Positions 1 through 11,184 of a stretch of DNA of 64,000 bases are shown one piece after another. The position numbers were made by a program, and so were the translations under genes. Every line of letters starts with the position of its first letter. The stretch's first letter is position 1. This stretch comes from an uncultured Gammaproteobacteria bacterium. GTDB lineage: Bacteria; Pseudomonadota; Gammaproteobacteria; JAURND01. Under the pieces are notes generated by a model. That model made no database searches and was not told the DNA's origin. It was given only the letters and a program-made list of their open reading frames with translations. The stretch lies in NCBI GenBank assembly GCA_963714975.1, contig CAVQQD010000003.1, positions 64,001 to 128,000 of the forward strand, given 5' to 3'.

Positions 1-20
1 CCCTGACAAAAATAAGAAAC

Positions 21-425
21 TTGGGTATGAGCATCAATATTTTATTGGTTGAGGACGAACCGATGGCGACCCGTGCGATCAAAGGTTCCTTTAAAGACCT
101 CGGTTGTCAGGTGGAGGTGGCCAATTGTGGCTTAGTTGCTTTAGAAAAGCTGCACAATCCTTTTCAGTTAATCATCTGTGATTTGGGACTGCCGGACTTA
201 AATGGCATGGAGGTTGCCCGCCAGTTTCGGCACAGCCCAGGCCCTAATAGCCAGACACCAATTCTCATTGCCACTGCGCATGGGGATAAAAAATTAAAAG
301 CTGAAGCGCGAGAATTAGGATTAACGGGTTTTCTCCATAAGCCCGTATTGTATGAATTGTGTGAGCAAATACTAAATAGATTAGTGTTGTCACAGCCACC
401 GGCCGGTTATTTTTTTGAGAATTAA
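21..425 (+). CDS. Single-domain response regulator (receiver), copy A; probably 5'-partial
   Basis: ILLVEDE, phospho-acceptor D in IICDLGLPD, ATAH, HKP. The frame is open to the window edge (LTKIRNLG matches LTKIKNFG of copy B). Confidence 0.9.
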   Translation: MGMSINILLVEDEPMATRAIKGSFKDLGCQVEVANCGLVALEKLHNPFQLIICDLGLPDLNGMEVARQFRHSPGPNSQTPILIATAHGDKKLKAEARELGLTGFLHKPVLYELCEQILNRLVLSQPPAGYFFEN

Positions 426-468
426 GAAAGACCGCCGTTCGTTGGCTGTGTAGTTGCTGGCTTCAATC

Positions 469-3400
469 CTAATTACAAACTGGTGCGACCCCGCCAGTTG
501 TATACTGGGGCGGTGGAGAGGAATGCTGTTGTTTAATTTTATAAGCAGCTACTGCAATAGCAATTACCGAAAGTCCGATCACTACGCTTGCATAATTGGG
601 GATATTAAGCACCGGGGTGTTGCTAGTTAAAAAGCCGAAGTCATTTTGGTAATCCACTCCAATACCGTAAGCGGCTAACCCTAACCCGCACACTCCGATG
701 AGGGCCGCAGTGTAAATGCGGCGATAGCTTACAGTCAGCTGCTGTAACAATCTAAAAAAATCATGGGCATTGAGTGGATGTTTGTAAGGGTGTTGCCTCG
801 GGTGCAAAAATGCTTCCACAAAGGCTTCAGCTTCGAATAAATTTCCCAATTGTTGTTGTGCGAGTGCAGTCCAAGAGGCCGGGGAAAAAGGAGGCACGGT
901 GATAATGTGCGAGCGATCGCGTAAAGCGGGTGACAGCGGAGTGGTGTCTTTTTCAGTGCCAAAATTTTGTTGGCCCAGTACCAGGAAGCCCGGATTTTCG
1001 TGGTTTATTTCGGTTAAACATTGCTCTAAATGGGATTTATCTATATCCGTCAAAAAATTGAATTGTTTAATGACCAATACCAGGCCTTGCCGATGAGCAT
1101 GGTCGACTAGGGTTTTGAAATTGCGCGCACCTGCACTAATAGTGATATGGGGAGTGTGATGTTGCTTGAGCATAGATTCAATCAGGCTCAACTTGCCACA
1201 TCCTGCCGCCCCTTGCAGAAGTACGCAGCGTTTAAAAGCCAGATTCGCGTTGCTACCTTTATGCTCTGTCAAAACATGATTTCTAATTAATAATGCCTGG
1301 GTTATGGCCTGCTTTGCATCCTGTAATTCTGCGGGAAATAATCGAGCATTAAGCTGAAAAGGTTTTGCAGTTTTTTCTAACCAGCGTGCTTCATCCAACA
1401 TAAGGACACGGATTAAATCCCTGCGGAAGTCGCGTTGCTTTTGGGGTTCTTCTATCCGCAGCGCAAATTCACCACAGAGCGCTTCAAATAGTAAATCTAC
1501 TTTTGGACGAGGTTCTGCGTTCTTTTCTAAAACTTTATAAAGCTGCATTAGATCTTGCAAATCACGCATCGAGTAGGAGGTCAGCGGTTCATATTTTTTA
1601 TACAGATCAGCACCCATTAAAGCCAGTTCAGCAATTTCCTTGGTCATTGTGCCAGTTAAATACTCTTGTAAGTATTCCTTGCCTGGCATTTTACATTGCA
1701 CAGTTTCACCGTAGAATCGCAATAACTCGTGATAATGCCGGCCGCTATACCATTCGGGGTTTACTGCGGCGACAATTTTACAATTCTTAAATTTCTCAGG
1801 TGGATAAAATTCGCCGCGAAAGAAAAGCGCACGATTTTTTTTAATGGCTTTTAATAAATGCAGTAGCTCGGGATCGTGCTTGTTGACCTCATCCAGCAGC
1901 AGCAATTTTATTTTATCTGCTGAACCATTTAGCCAATTTCCGATTTGGTCCAACCCGGAATAGCAATGATATTTCAAGGGAGTTTCATCATCAATCGCAA
2001 CCACCTTGTCGTCTGACATAACTACCTTGTTATCTCGAAAAATCTCATCATTCGGCAGGGACATCCCGTTCTCCCGCAGAGCCTCGTCTTTCTTAGCAAT
2101 ATCAGTTGCTTTTTTTTCTTCTCGTAATTCATTGAGAATATGAGTTTTACCCACTCCAGGCTCACCCTTCAGCACAATGAACTTAGTCACTTGATCCTCG
2201 TCAATAAGATAATCTAAGCGTTCTTTCATTTTGCTATATCGATCAAGATCCGTTTTGACACTACTTGCAGATTTTCGTTCAGGTGCAGAGCTTGCCTCAG
2301 CTTCCCGTTCTTTTAACTTCTCGAACATTTTGCTCCAGGTTTCACTGGTCCAGGAGTCGAACAAAGAGGTAGAAGATTGTTCTAGCCATTCTTCGCCCAG
2401 GAGTGCACGCAGTGTTTTGCCATCGCAGATATTTAATAAGCGCCAAGCGTGATTTTGATCTTTAGGAATTTCTTTAAATTTTTCCAGGCGAATGTTGGGA
2501 CCTTGTTCGGAATAGTCAAATAAAAATTTACCCAATACATTAAGAAATGCGTAATATTCACTGTCTGTAGTGTAATCATCCAGCATCAATCCTTTAATGG
2601 GATTGTGGGAATGCAGGTGGCGTTTGCGACGCAGCAGCACCTGCTGCATCGAATATAAGCGCTCCCAATTCATGCCAAAATCTTTAGGCATGGCCTGGCC
2701 CCGATGGGGATATTGCGCTGCTTTGAAAAACAATAATAACTTTTTGACTACTGCTTCCTTACTTTTAAATTCTTCTTTATTTTCCTTTAATAAATCCTGT
2801 TCATAATCTTTATCGGTAAAATCGCAGGAAATAGTCTGAAAAATAGCAGGAGGGGCCGATGCAGGCTGCACACTAATCAGGCGGCCTTCCTTAATTGCAA
2901 TGCGCTCATTATTAAATTCTAAATAAGGCTTTTCTAAAAAAAGAGCAGCGAACTCTTGTTGTAATCGCGGTGACAAGGTCCCATTGAGGATGACGGTTTT
3001 ATCTGCTTCCAAGGCTTTAAATACGGCTCGTTTCTTAATTGTAAAAAGCACTTCGTCTTGGTTAGAAGCTTTTCGTTCTTCTTTTGCTGCGGATTTACCG
3101 GGAGTTATGCTGACTAGTAATTCAGAGACGGTAAGATCGGAGGTCAAGTCAATAATAAACGCATCCCCTTTTTTTTCTGGATCATAAAGTTTCAATAATT
3201 TTTCCGCTAAATAATCCGGATCATTGCTGGTGAAACAACGAGAGGAGGGGACAGCTTGTAACTCTGCCGGATCGATTTTTTGCACTTTCGTTTCAGTGGG
3301 AGCAAGTTGAAATTGAAAATGGCTTTCTGGAAATTTTTCTTTAATATACACGGATAATTGCCGCCAATCTTCTTTGGGAATTTCCTGGGTAATGTAAAAG

Positions 3401-6400
3401 ATTACCTCTTGAGGATTATTCGCATATTGCGCCAGTTTCCCCAGTCTGCTGGAAATTGTGTTATCCGTTTCATTGTAATGAATCTCTTCGTATAGGGTGT
3501 CCCAATTGTTGAGATGCAGGCAAATTTTAGTAGCTGGTGTTAGATTCTTTTTTTCTTCCGTGATCAAGGACCAGGGCGGAGATTCGGCAGAAGAGGGTGG
3601 GGTTTTCTCAGCAGAAATGCGAACGGTGGTTTCTTTGGGCACATCTTTCCACTGACCGTTAAAATAAAAACGTCCTTCGGTGTTAATTTGTTGGAGTAAT
3701 TGCTGCAGCTGCGGATCTTCTGGCGGATTGTGAATAATTAAAGGACATTTATTTTTAATCGCTTGCAATAGTGAACCAGGCATTAATTTAATCTCACCTG
3801 GATTGAATTCAAAGCTCGCTAATAATTTTTCTTCCCAGTTGACTAAGGGGGATAAGTAGCAGTGAATAGCCTTTAGTTCGTCGTCCGGGCGTAAGTCCCC
3901 CTCTCCCCAACCCTCTCCCACCTTCCCTCGCTGACGCTCGGGCGGGGGAGAGGGAGTCCAAGTGCTCTCTCCCACCTTCCTTCGTTGACGCTCGGATGGA
4001 GGAGAGGGCACTTGGGCTGCCCCCCCTCTCCCCCGCCCGAGCGCCAGCGAGGGAAGGTGGGAGAGGGTTGGGGAGAGGGGGGCTTGGCAAAGTACACACC
4101 GTACAATCATTAACAAATGGACAGAGATTATCCTCATGAAGATAGCCAAGGATTTCAACCTTATTTCCAACGGCATGGTGATTCCAGCGTTTTTCCCGCC
4201 ATAACGATTGAAAATAAATCAGCTCTTTAGGGCTAAAAGCCGACCAATTAATTAATAATTTTCCACCGTTTTCGAAAATGTGCTGCAAAGGCCCCGGTAC
4301 TCGTACGCGTTTACCTGTTTCTTCTTGCACGGTCCAACTGTCCCAATAACGAGCAAAATCACTAGGATGATCAATACAGAGGAAATTTGGCCGCAGGACC
4401 TGCGTGCGGTTGCCACTGCTAATAATGGCTGCTTTTGCTTGTTCGGAAGTCATGCCTTTCGGCACCCGAATTAAAACTGGTTTGTTAGCGCTACACAATT
4501 TCCAAGCAAATTCGCGATGTTGATTGAGATACCGATGAATTTTATTTTCATAATCATTAGCTCTTTCCTCCAAGCGATTATCAATCGGAGAGTTATTCAG
4601 TTCAGCTTGTAATTGCTTAAGATTATGATTGCGTTTAGCAGTGGCCTTATCTTCCATTGCTCCGCCACCAAAATCGACACGACGCAATGAGCCCTTTTTA
4701 TCACGCACATCGCAATAATCATGGGTTTCATTGTGAATTAGGCATACCTCATCTTCTAATCCTAGGATACAGTGGGCTATCAACATAAAAGCTTCAGCCC
4801 GACCAGCACAAACCCCGACCTGTTGGGTAATCCGCGCCAATAATAGGTCCAAAGAACTCGTATAAGTTCCTTGCAAAGGTTTTTCAGATTCAGGCTTAAA
4901 ATTACTGCAATATGTCGTGAGTTGCGTAATTTTTTTGGTAATGCTGAGATTTTCATCAAATAAAAACGCTAATGGAGGATGAGCTTTTAATTTCGTTTCT
5001 ACTTTCGTAATTAAGTCAGTCGATGTTCTTCTTTTTTGTAACTTTAATTCCGCAATTTCAAGCAATGCAGCGGATTGATAGCTTGGATCGGGAATAAAAT
5101 CATAATAAAGTTTAACGGCTGCTGCATTGCGAGGTTTGTCTAAAATACGGATAAAATACTGCTGAGTGCTAGGATTTTGGTAAAAACCAAGTTTGACTTT
5201 AGAATTGGTATCGTCTTTGTAAATGCGCAGCGAATCTTTAATTGCGGGCGCAGTGAGTGGCAAAGGAAACTCTTGTCCAGCCTGCAATTCTCCCGTAATA
5301 ATAAGAACCCCACTATCAATTTTCGGGTCGATTCCTTTTCGGCGTTGCGTATAGGTTTGGTTAATCTCTTGAATTTTTTGAGGAGCATAACTTGAGCTTA
5401 GAAAGGAAACATGATCCGTTTTGGCTTCGTATTCAATATGATCATACACTTCGATCCGATAATCCCGCACTTGAATCGGAGTAAGGTCATGGTGTTTTAA
5501 GAATGCCGAGCATTGCCCTTCGCCAGTCGCCACGGGTTTGTCGACAGATTGTTGCGGACTAAGCGCTTTCCGCGGTGAAAAAAAGCTGATCCCCTGGATG
5601 GGTGCTTGCGGATTTGATTCTGAGGAGCGAAGGGTTGATTTGGTATCTAACGGGAACATGCCCTGCCCCAGCTTCTCACGTTCCACCTTGTCGTAGTCAA
5701 ATTTTCGTAATTTTCGATTTTTCGTTAAATCATCTCGTGAAAAAGAGCAATTAATATTACACAGATATAGATGCTCTAGTTCAGGACAATTTTCAATTAA
5801 CCGCTGCTCTATAACATCAACCTCATTCATTGAGGAATTTCCTTGTAAAAATAAGTATTTCAAGTTAGGCAGAGTCTCAAAGTTAATCTGCCATTTTTCC
5901 ATTAAGTAGGAATTTTTTTTTACTGATAAAGCATGCAATTGTGGACAGTTTTTTATAGAAAAATTCTCGGCATTTACTGCAATACAATCTTCTAAACAAG
6001 GCATGTCCTGTAAATGAACTATGTCATTATTTAGGATTTTTAAATATTTAAGTTCTGGGAAACGTTTGGCTATTTTTGGATAGTCTTCTTGAGTCAAATC
6101 GGGGCAAGTTATTATTAGCGCTTTTTCTTTACCAGGGCGTTCTTCCACACATTTTCCAAGTTGTTCAATGGTGTCAATAATTATTTCATGAGGTCTGACG
6201 ATATCGGTAAACTGCTGCTCTTCTTCGCTAGGAATCGCTTTAGATTCTTGTACCTGTTTAAAACCCTTGCCAGTGAGTGGAGGCGTAGCCGCTCGTTCGT
6301 CTGTTTTTTCAATGGCTAGCTCTAATTCTCCGTGGAGTACGGAAATTCCAATTGTTTCATAGCAACGACAGCCTAACTCTAGGGTCAATTTTTTAATTCC

Positions 6401-7213
6401 ATAGGTGCTTGCGAATGATAAATCAATATTTTTTTCTGAAGGGACAAAATCAGAGACATTTAATTCCTTGACATTATATCCTTGCAAATAAGGAATGAGT
6501 TTCTGGATCTCTTGACTGGTTGAGCGTTGGATTTTTAATGTATGCAAATTAGGAAAATTTTTTAAAATATACAGCAAGGCTTCTTGATTAGGGGCGTATA
6601 AATTAGCGGTGGTTATTAAGCTTAGATCTGCTCCCTGAAGCTCTTTTATAGTACGCTCCAGCCAAGACCGAGTCCCCATAATAAAAATCTCATGTTTTGG
6701 CCGCCCCCAGCGTGCCTCCCAAGCTTGTTTGTCTAAAACTATCCAGTCATCGAGAGCAATTTGTTGCTTAGTATTGATCAAGCTGGCTTTTATGCGGGCC
6801 GCATAATCAATTTTAATGGCCTCTCTTTGTTTAAAAAAATCTGCAAGGCTTTGTAAGGGGATGGCTTTAGCCAGGGTTTCTTCAGGCCCTTTCCATAAAT
6901 ATACTTCGTAATATTGAATAAGTTCGGAGAGAACTGCCAGCTCTCCCGCACGCAATTCATAATCAAAAGGATACGAGATGAGTATTTTCTTTTTACCGGT
7001 ATTGGCTTGGGGATGGTTATTGATAAAACAATCGGCATTGTCTCTAAGCAGGGCATTATGTTTATTGAGTTTATTCGGGCCTTTGTTGCTTGGCGTAGAG
7101 GATGGTGCTGATTCATGAACCACTTTTCCTAATAGCCATTGAGTCACTGCCTCTTCAGAATATAGAGGATCTCTTCTCGCGTCTCTTCTTGGAACTGTAG
7201 TTTCACTGGACAT
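469..7213 (-). pseudogene. Giant LRR / transglutaminase-like / multi-AAA+ / TM protein, copy A, split by a +1 frameshift (ORFs 3809-7213 and 469-4176)
   Basis: Colinear with the intact 11270-17959 ORF. The C-run at 4020-4026 has 7 C versus 6 C at 14764-14769. May be a sequencing error. Confidence 0.8.
3897..4082. repeat. Cluster of three REP-like palindromes (CCCTCTCC...GGAGAGGG) inside the coding sequence, copy A
   Basis: GC-rich inverted repeats; the same unit occurs at 14641-14825 and 19189-19249. Confidence 0.85.
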
Positions 7214-7247
7214 GGAAAATATTTAGCATGGTGGTTAACTTAGGTAT

Positions 7248-7280
7248 ATCTTACTTTGATAATATTAAGTGAATATTAAC
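7248..7280 (-). promoter_or_regulatory. PmrA-like box plus -10 element upstream of giant gene A
   Basis: Minus strand reads gTTAATATT-ca-CTTAATATT, 7 nt, TAAGAT, matching the Legionella/Coxiella cTTAAtatT tandem element. Confidence 0.75.
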
Positions 7281-7304
7281 TCGAGAGCCCTAAGTTCCAG
7301 CCAC

Positions 7305-7371
7305 CTCTGTAGGGGACAAAAATAATCCCTCCCTTTGGAAAAGGGAGGGATTATTTTTGTCCCCTACAGAG
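7305..7371. mobile_element. 67-bp perfectly palindromic mini-MITE with 9-bp target-site duplication
   Basis: 32-bp perfect arms with a 3-nt loop; TCCAGCCAC is repeated directly at 7296-7304 and 7372-7380. Confidence 0.85.
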
Positions 7372-7428
7372 TCCAGCCACAAAGGAAAAGTATGTAATCA
7401 TTCATTCATTACTTTTCAATCTGTAATA

Positions 7429-8085
7429 TTGACATCCTCTCCGGCATAAATGCCGGAGATTCCATACATGTGGCTGTGCCACGAGTATGAGGTTCTCGTT
7501 TCTACGCCGCACCCAACGCGCTTGCTCCACGAGCCATCACAGCATGCCCTGCTGCTAAAATATTTTTCGCCGCGTTCAAATCAGCATTTGCTGCATATCC
7601 GCACGATACACACGCAAATTCACCCCGGGATTTTGTAAGTCTCCCGATGCGGATCGACTCATATTTTTTACTTGCAAATCTTCCACAACCACTACCGCGT
7701 GGCTTTTGCTGATGCGGGTTGTAGTCTTGTGTAAAAAATCTCGTCTCATGTTCGATGCTTTTTGATGCAGTGCCTCTACTCGAGCCACTTGCTTCTTCCA
7801 TCGCCCAGAAAATTTTTGCTTCTTCGCTAATTTGCGCTGCTCTATCCCTAATCTTTTTTCTATCTGCCTAAAACTATTCAAGGATTCTATAGTGTCACCA
7901 TTGGATAGGGTCGCGAATTTTGCAATGCCTGCGTCTATACCTACGCTATCGACTGCTGTTGACTGCGAAGAGATGTCTTGTTGTACTTGGATACTGATAT
8001 ACCAATGTTTTCCTTGCCGCGATACCGTTACATTTCGTATGTCCCCTATGACCTCCTGGCTTCTTATTTAGCTCACTGATGAAGT
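7429..8085 (-). mobile_element. tnpB: IS200/IS605-family remnant: truncated, internally deleted tnpB with intact right end
   Basis: VGIDAG, RRDFLHK, VVVEDL, CVSCG..NADLNAAKNIL motifs in two frames; right end GGAATCTCCGGC-ATTTAT-GCCGGAGAGGATGTCAA. Confidence 0.9.
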
Positions 8086-8091
8086 TAAAAA

Positions 8092-8299
8092 GTAACCATT
8101 CACCACGATTTTGCCTCTCCCCTTGCGGGAGAGGCCGCCGCGCCGTAAGGCGCGCGGGTGAGGGGTAAGCAGCAGTTAGCATTTAGCTAATAAAATGCTC
8201 CTTGCTGATTCCAAGTTTACCCCTCATCCGCCCTTTCGGGCACCTTCTCCCACAAGGGGAGAAGGATTTTTACGCACAAAAAAGATGGTGAATGATTAC
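8092..8299 (+). mobile_element. MITE family 1 (TIR GTAAYCATTCACCA, internal REP-like hairpins), full copy
   Basis: Ends gtaaccattcacca...tggtgaatgattac; five related copies in the window. Confidence 0.85.
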
Positions 8300-8677
8300 A
8301 AATAATATAAGGCCATCTTAATAAAAAAGTTTGCTTTTAATAAAAAGCCGGCGAATAATAGCGATAACCGTGGGCAGTGCCCACGGCCGCGCCAAAAGGA
8401 TGCTCGAAACATTCTTGAGGCACTTCCGGCAACGAACCTTAGTGGAGGTCCGCAGTGGCTCTAGCAGCTTACTCGATTACGCGCTCGCGTAAAACTTTTT
8501 TCTGTGTGCTTGTCACTTTTTTTCACCCACATTGCGTTGGGCGGATGTTTTGCGCCTGGGGCAACAAATTCTTGCTGAATGATTTTCCTCGAATGCCACA
8601 GCGGTGTTGCTGGCATAAGGTAGGGATTTGCCGTGGGTTTTTTAGTGACTGGGATTCAGGGCAAGAGGAGGTAAGCT

Positions 8678-8825
8678 GGTAGCAGAGGAAATAGGTAGGG
8701 CGAACGAGCAGGTCATCCCGAGGAGCTTGCGACGAGGGATCTCTGTGCCAGTTGCAGGAGATCCCTCGCCGTTGCTCGGGATGACCGTGCCTGTTCGCCC
8801 TTGCCTATAAAAACCCTCTGCTGCC
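8678..8825. repeat. Long hairpin with a REP-like core (GTCATCCCGAG...CTCGGGATGAC, 8711-8786)
   Basis: Nested inverted repeats ggtagcagagg/cctctgctgcc, gggcgaac/gttcgccc and cgagggatctc/gagatccctcg. Confidence 0.75.
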
Positions 8826-8874
8826 GCTTCCTTGATTCGTTGTTCGTTTCTTCTATAAATCCAGGAGCACACCC

Positions 8875-9372
8875 ATGAATGATAATAACATCAAACCCGC
8901 TTTTAAATGCTTTCGTCAACCAGGGCATCGCCCTCCTCTCGTTGATACCCTGACAAAAATAAAAAACTTCGGTGTGACTATCCATATTTTATTGGTTGAG
9001 GACGAACCGATGGCGACCCGCGCCATCAGCGGCTCCTTTAAACAGCTTGGTTGTCATGTGGATATAGCCAATTGTGGGCTAGTCGCATTGGAGAAGCTGC
9101 ACAATCCTTTTCAGTTAATCATCTGCGATTTGGGACTTCCGGACATAAATGGCATGGAGGTTGCCCGCCAGTTTCGGCACAGCCCCGGTCCTAACAGCCA
9201 GACACCAATTCTCATTGCCACTGCGCATGGGGATAAAAAATTAAAAGCTGAAGCGCGAGAATTAGGATTAACGGGTTTTCTCCATAAGCCCGTATTATAT
9301 GAATTGTGTGAGCAAATACTAAATAGATTAGTGTTGTCACAGCCACCGGCCGGTTACTTTTTTGAGAATTAA
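8875..9372 (+). CDS. Single-domain response regulator (receiver), copy B
   Basis: Receiver motifs; RBS AGGAG 7 nt before ATG 8875; near-identical to 21-425. Confidence 0.9.
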   Translation: MNDNNIKPAFKCFRQPGHRPPLVDTLTKIKNFGVTIHILLVEDEPMATRAISGSFKQLGCHVDIANCGLVALEKLHNPFQLIICDLGLPDINGMEVARQFRHSPGPNSQTPILIATAHGDKKLKAEARELGLTGFLHKPVLYELCEQILNRLVLSQPPAGYFFEN

Positions 9373-9378
9373 GAAAGG

Positions 9379-9417
9379 CCGCCGTTCGTTGGCTGTGTAG
9401 TTGCTGGCTTCAATCCT
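9379..9417 (+). repeat. 39-bp direct repeat, left of the nuclease cassette
   Basis: ccgccgttcgttggctgtgtagttgctggcttcaatcct; also at 11233-11271 (2 mismatches) and as a single copy at 432-470. Confidence 0.9.
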
Positions 9418-9420
9418 TTC

Positions 9421-9451
9421 GCTCTACTTATCCAGGGTGGATAAGTAGAGC
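9421..9451. terminator. Perfect 14-bp hairpin between convergent genes
   Basis: gctctacttatcca-ggg-tggataagtagagc; no strong U-tract. Confidence 0.55.
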
Positions 9452-9473
9452 AAGATATTCATAACAACGCTCC

Positions 9474-11147
9474 CTATTTACTTGCAACAGCAACTTCTTT
9501 CTGCCGAAATGCTAACCCTAAGTGCAAAATTTGTTGAATTCCTTTGGCACGTAACACTTGTGCATAATTGCGGTCAAAAGTCTGTTGCAAGGCTTCTTGG
9601 GCCGCTGTAGCCAAGGGGATATCGGGGTTGTGGGCAGTTTTAAACTCCAGCACAATGCCCAAGTGCGCACGATCTTTCGGGATCAGCATCACATCATAGC
9701 GGCCAAAACCACTTTCTTTATTAGATTGGACTTCATGGGTGGTTTCTAAGCTGACCATCAATCCCAGTACAAAACCATGGTAAAACTTTTCTGGTTGGTG
9801 GCCAGTAACATCGAAAATACTCAAGGTAGTTTGCAAGCAACTTTGCAAACGCAGAGTAAATTCCTCCACCTTGCCTTCAGTTAAACTCTTTAAAAAATTT
9901 ACATAGTTGCTATATCCTAATGCATCGGAGAGCCAGGCTTGGACAATATCTCTGTAGAGAATTTTTACTTCATAATTAGGCGGCATAAGTAAACATTGCA
10001 AATGTGCACCAACACGCTCTGATTTTATAGCTTTTAAGTAACCACTGAATAACAACAAACTCCACAGGGCATGGTTATCTTTTTCCAAACTGCCAAATAC
10101 GGTTTTTTCATCAATTGATGCAGTAATTGGTTGATCCGCTAACAGCAATGCCAAGTCATTTTTTAATGCTTCATCACCTCTAGCTAGTAAATGGTGAATT
10201 AAATCATTACTGCTGGTATTGACCCAGTAGGGGCGGAGTGTGCCATGGCCATTGAGACATTCAGCGATTGACCACGGATTATAAATCACGGTATCGCCTA
10301 TCAAATAACCGTTGTACCAATGTCGGATTTCATCTGCTTGTTTCGTTAAATTTGCGCGTCTTAATAATTCAGTCGTTTCTGTTTCGGTAAAACCAAAGTA
10401 ATCAGCATATTCTCGGTCTAATAGTGTGTAAACTTTCACATTATTTAACCCAGAAAATAGGCTTTCTTTAGCAATCCGCAAAATGCCTGTGATTACTGCT
10501 TTTTCTAGATAAGGATTGGTTTTTAATACCGTACCAAACAAGCCACGAATTAAAGCAATCATCTCGGAATAATAGTCATGTAAAAATGCAGAGTGAATAG
10601 GCGTGTCATATTCGTCAATTAATAACCATACTTTAGTTTTATGATGTTTAAATAGGTAATTAGTTAGGCGATAGAGTGCTTCTTCCAGCTCGGATTGGTC
10701 CAGCGTACCTTCTCTAACTTGCATAAAGTAATTTTTTTCGGCTGGATCCAGAGACTCACTTTCTAGTAGGTAGTTATATTGACTATATAAATTCGATAAC
10801 AGCAAACTTAATTTTTTTAGCGAGTGCTGAAAAGAGAGATTACGTACTCCTTTCAGAGTGATAAAAATGACCGGATACTGGCCCTGATGTTGCATATAGA
10901 GCTCACCCGCTGCAGTAATTTTCAAGCCATCAAATAATCCTTGAGTTTTACGCTCATAGGCCTCTGCCGCAAAAAAGTACTGTAGCATGGACAAATTTAG
11001 GGTTTTGCCGAAACGGCGAGGGCGGGTAATCACAATTACTTTACTGACTTCTTCCAATACATCTCGAACGAACAATGACTTATCGACGAAATCAAACTTT
11101 CCGTCAATTAGCTCAGCAAAATTATCTTGACCGATCGGCAATCTCAT
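9474..11147 (-). CDS. AAA-ATPase-like + PD-(D/E)XK nuclease protein (PF09820/PF08011 type)
   Basis: LPIG..F, VDKS, TRPRRFGKT, LLIDEYDTP, YNPWS, SNKESGFGRYD...LEFK. Confidence 0.92.
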   Translation of the reverse strand: MRLPIGQDNFAELIDGKFDFVDKSLFVRDVLEEVSKVIVITRPRRFGKTLNLSMLQYFFAAEAYERKTQGLFDGLKITAAGELYMQHQGQYPVIFITLKGVRNLSFQHSLKKLSLLLSNLYSQYNYLLESESLDPAEKNYFMQVREGTLDQSELEEALYRLTNYLFKHHKTKVWLLIDEYDTPIHSAFLHDYYSEMIALIRGLFGTVLKTNPYLEKAVITGILRIAKESLFSGLNNVKVYTLLDREYADYFGFTETETTELLRRANLTKQADEIRHWYNGYLIGDTVIYNPWSIAECLNGHGTLRPYWVNTSSNDLIHHLLARGDEALKNDLALLLADQPITASIDEKTVFGSLEKDNHALWSLLLFSGYLKAIKSERVGAHLQCLLMPPNYEVKILYRDIVQAWLSDALGYSNYVNFLKSLTEGKVEEFTLRLQSCLQTTLSIFDVTGHQPEKFYHGFVLGLMVSLETTHEVQSNKESGFGRYDVMLIPKDRAHLGIVLEFKTAHNPDIPLATAAQEALQQTFDRNYAQVLRAKGIQQILHLGLAFRQKEVAVASK

Positions 11148-11184
11148 GAAGTTCTACTCACTATGAAGGACTAGAGGAGCTGGA

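Noticed and set aside
5670-6380. Diversity-generating retroelement acting on the LRR region
   Set aside because: No reverse transcriptase in the window; differences include indels and are not confined to adenines; both copies are full coding genes.
7502-7881. Functional TnpB nuclease or TnpB-derived repressor
   Set aside because: N-terminus missing and an internal out-of-frame deletion; cannot encode a complete protein.
8455-8985. Small ORFs 8455-8682, 8642-8872 and 8713-8985 as real genes
   Set aside because: Overlap a large hairpin/REP element or the receiver gene; no clear RBS or homologous motif.
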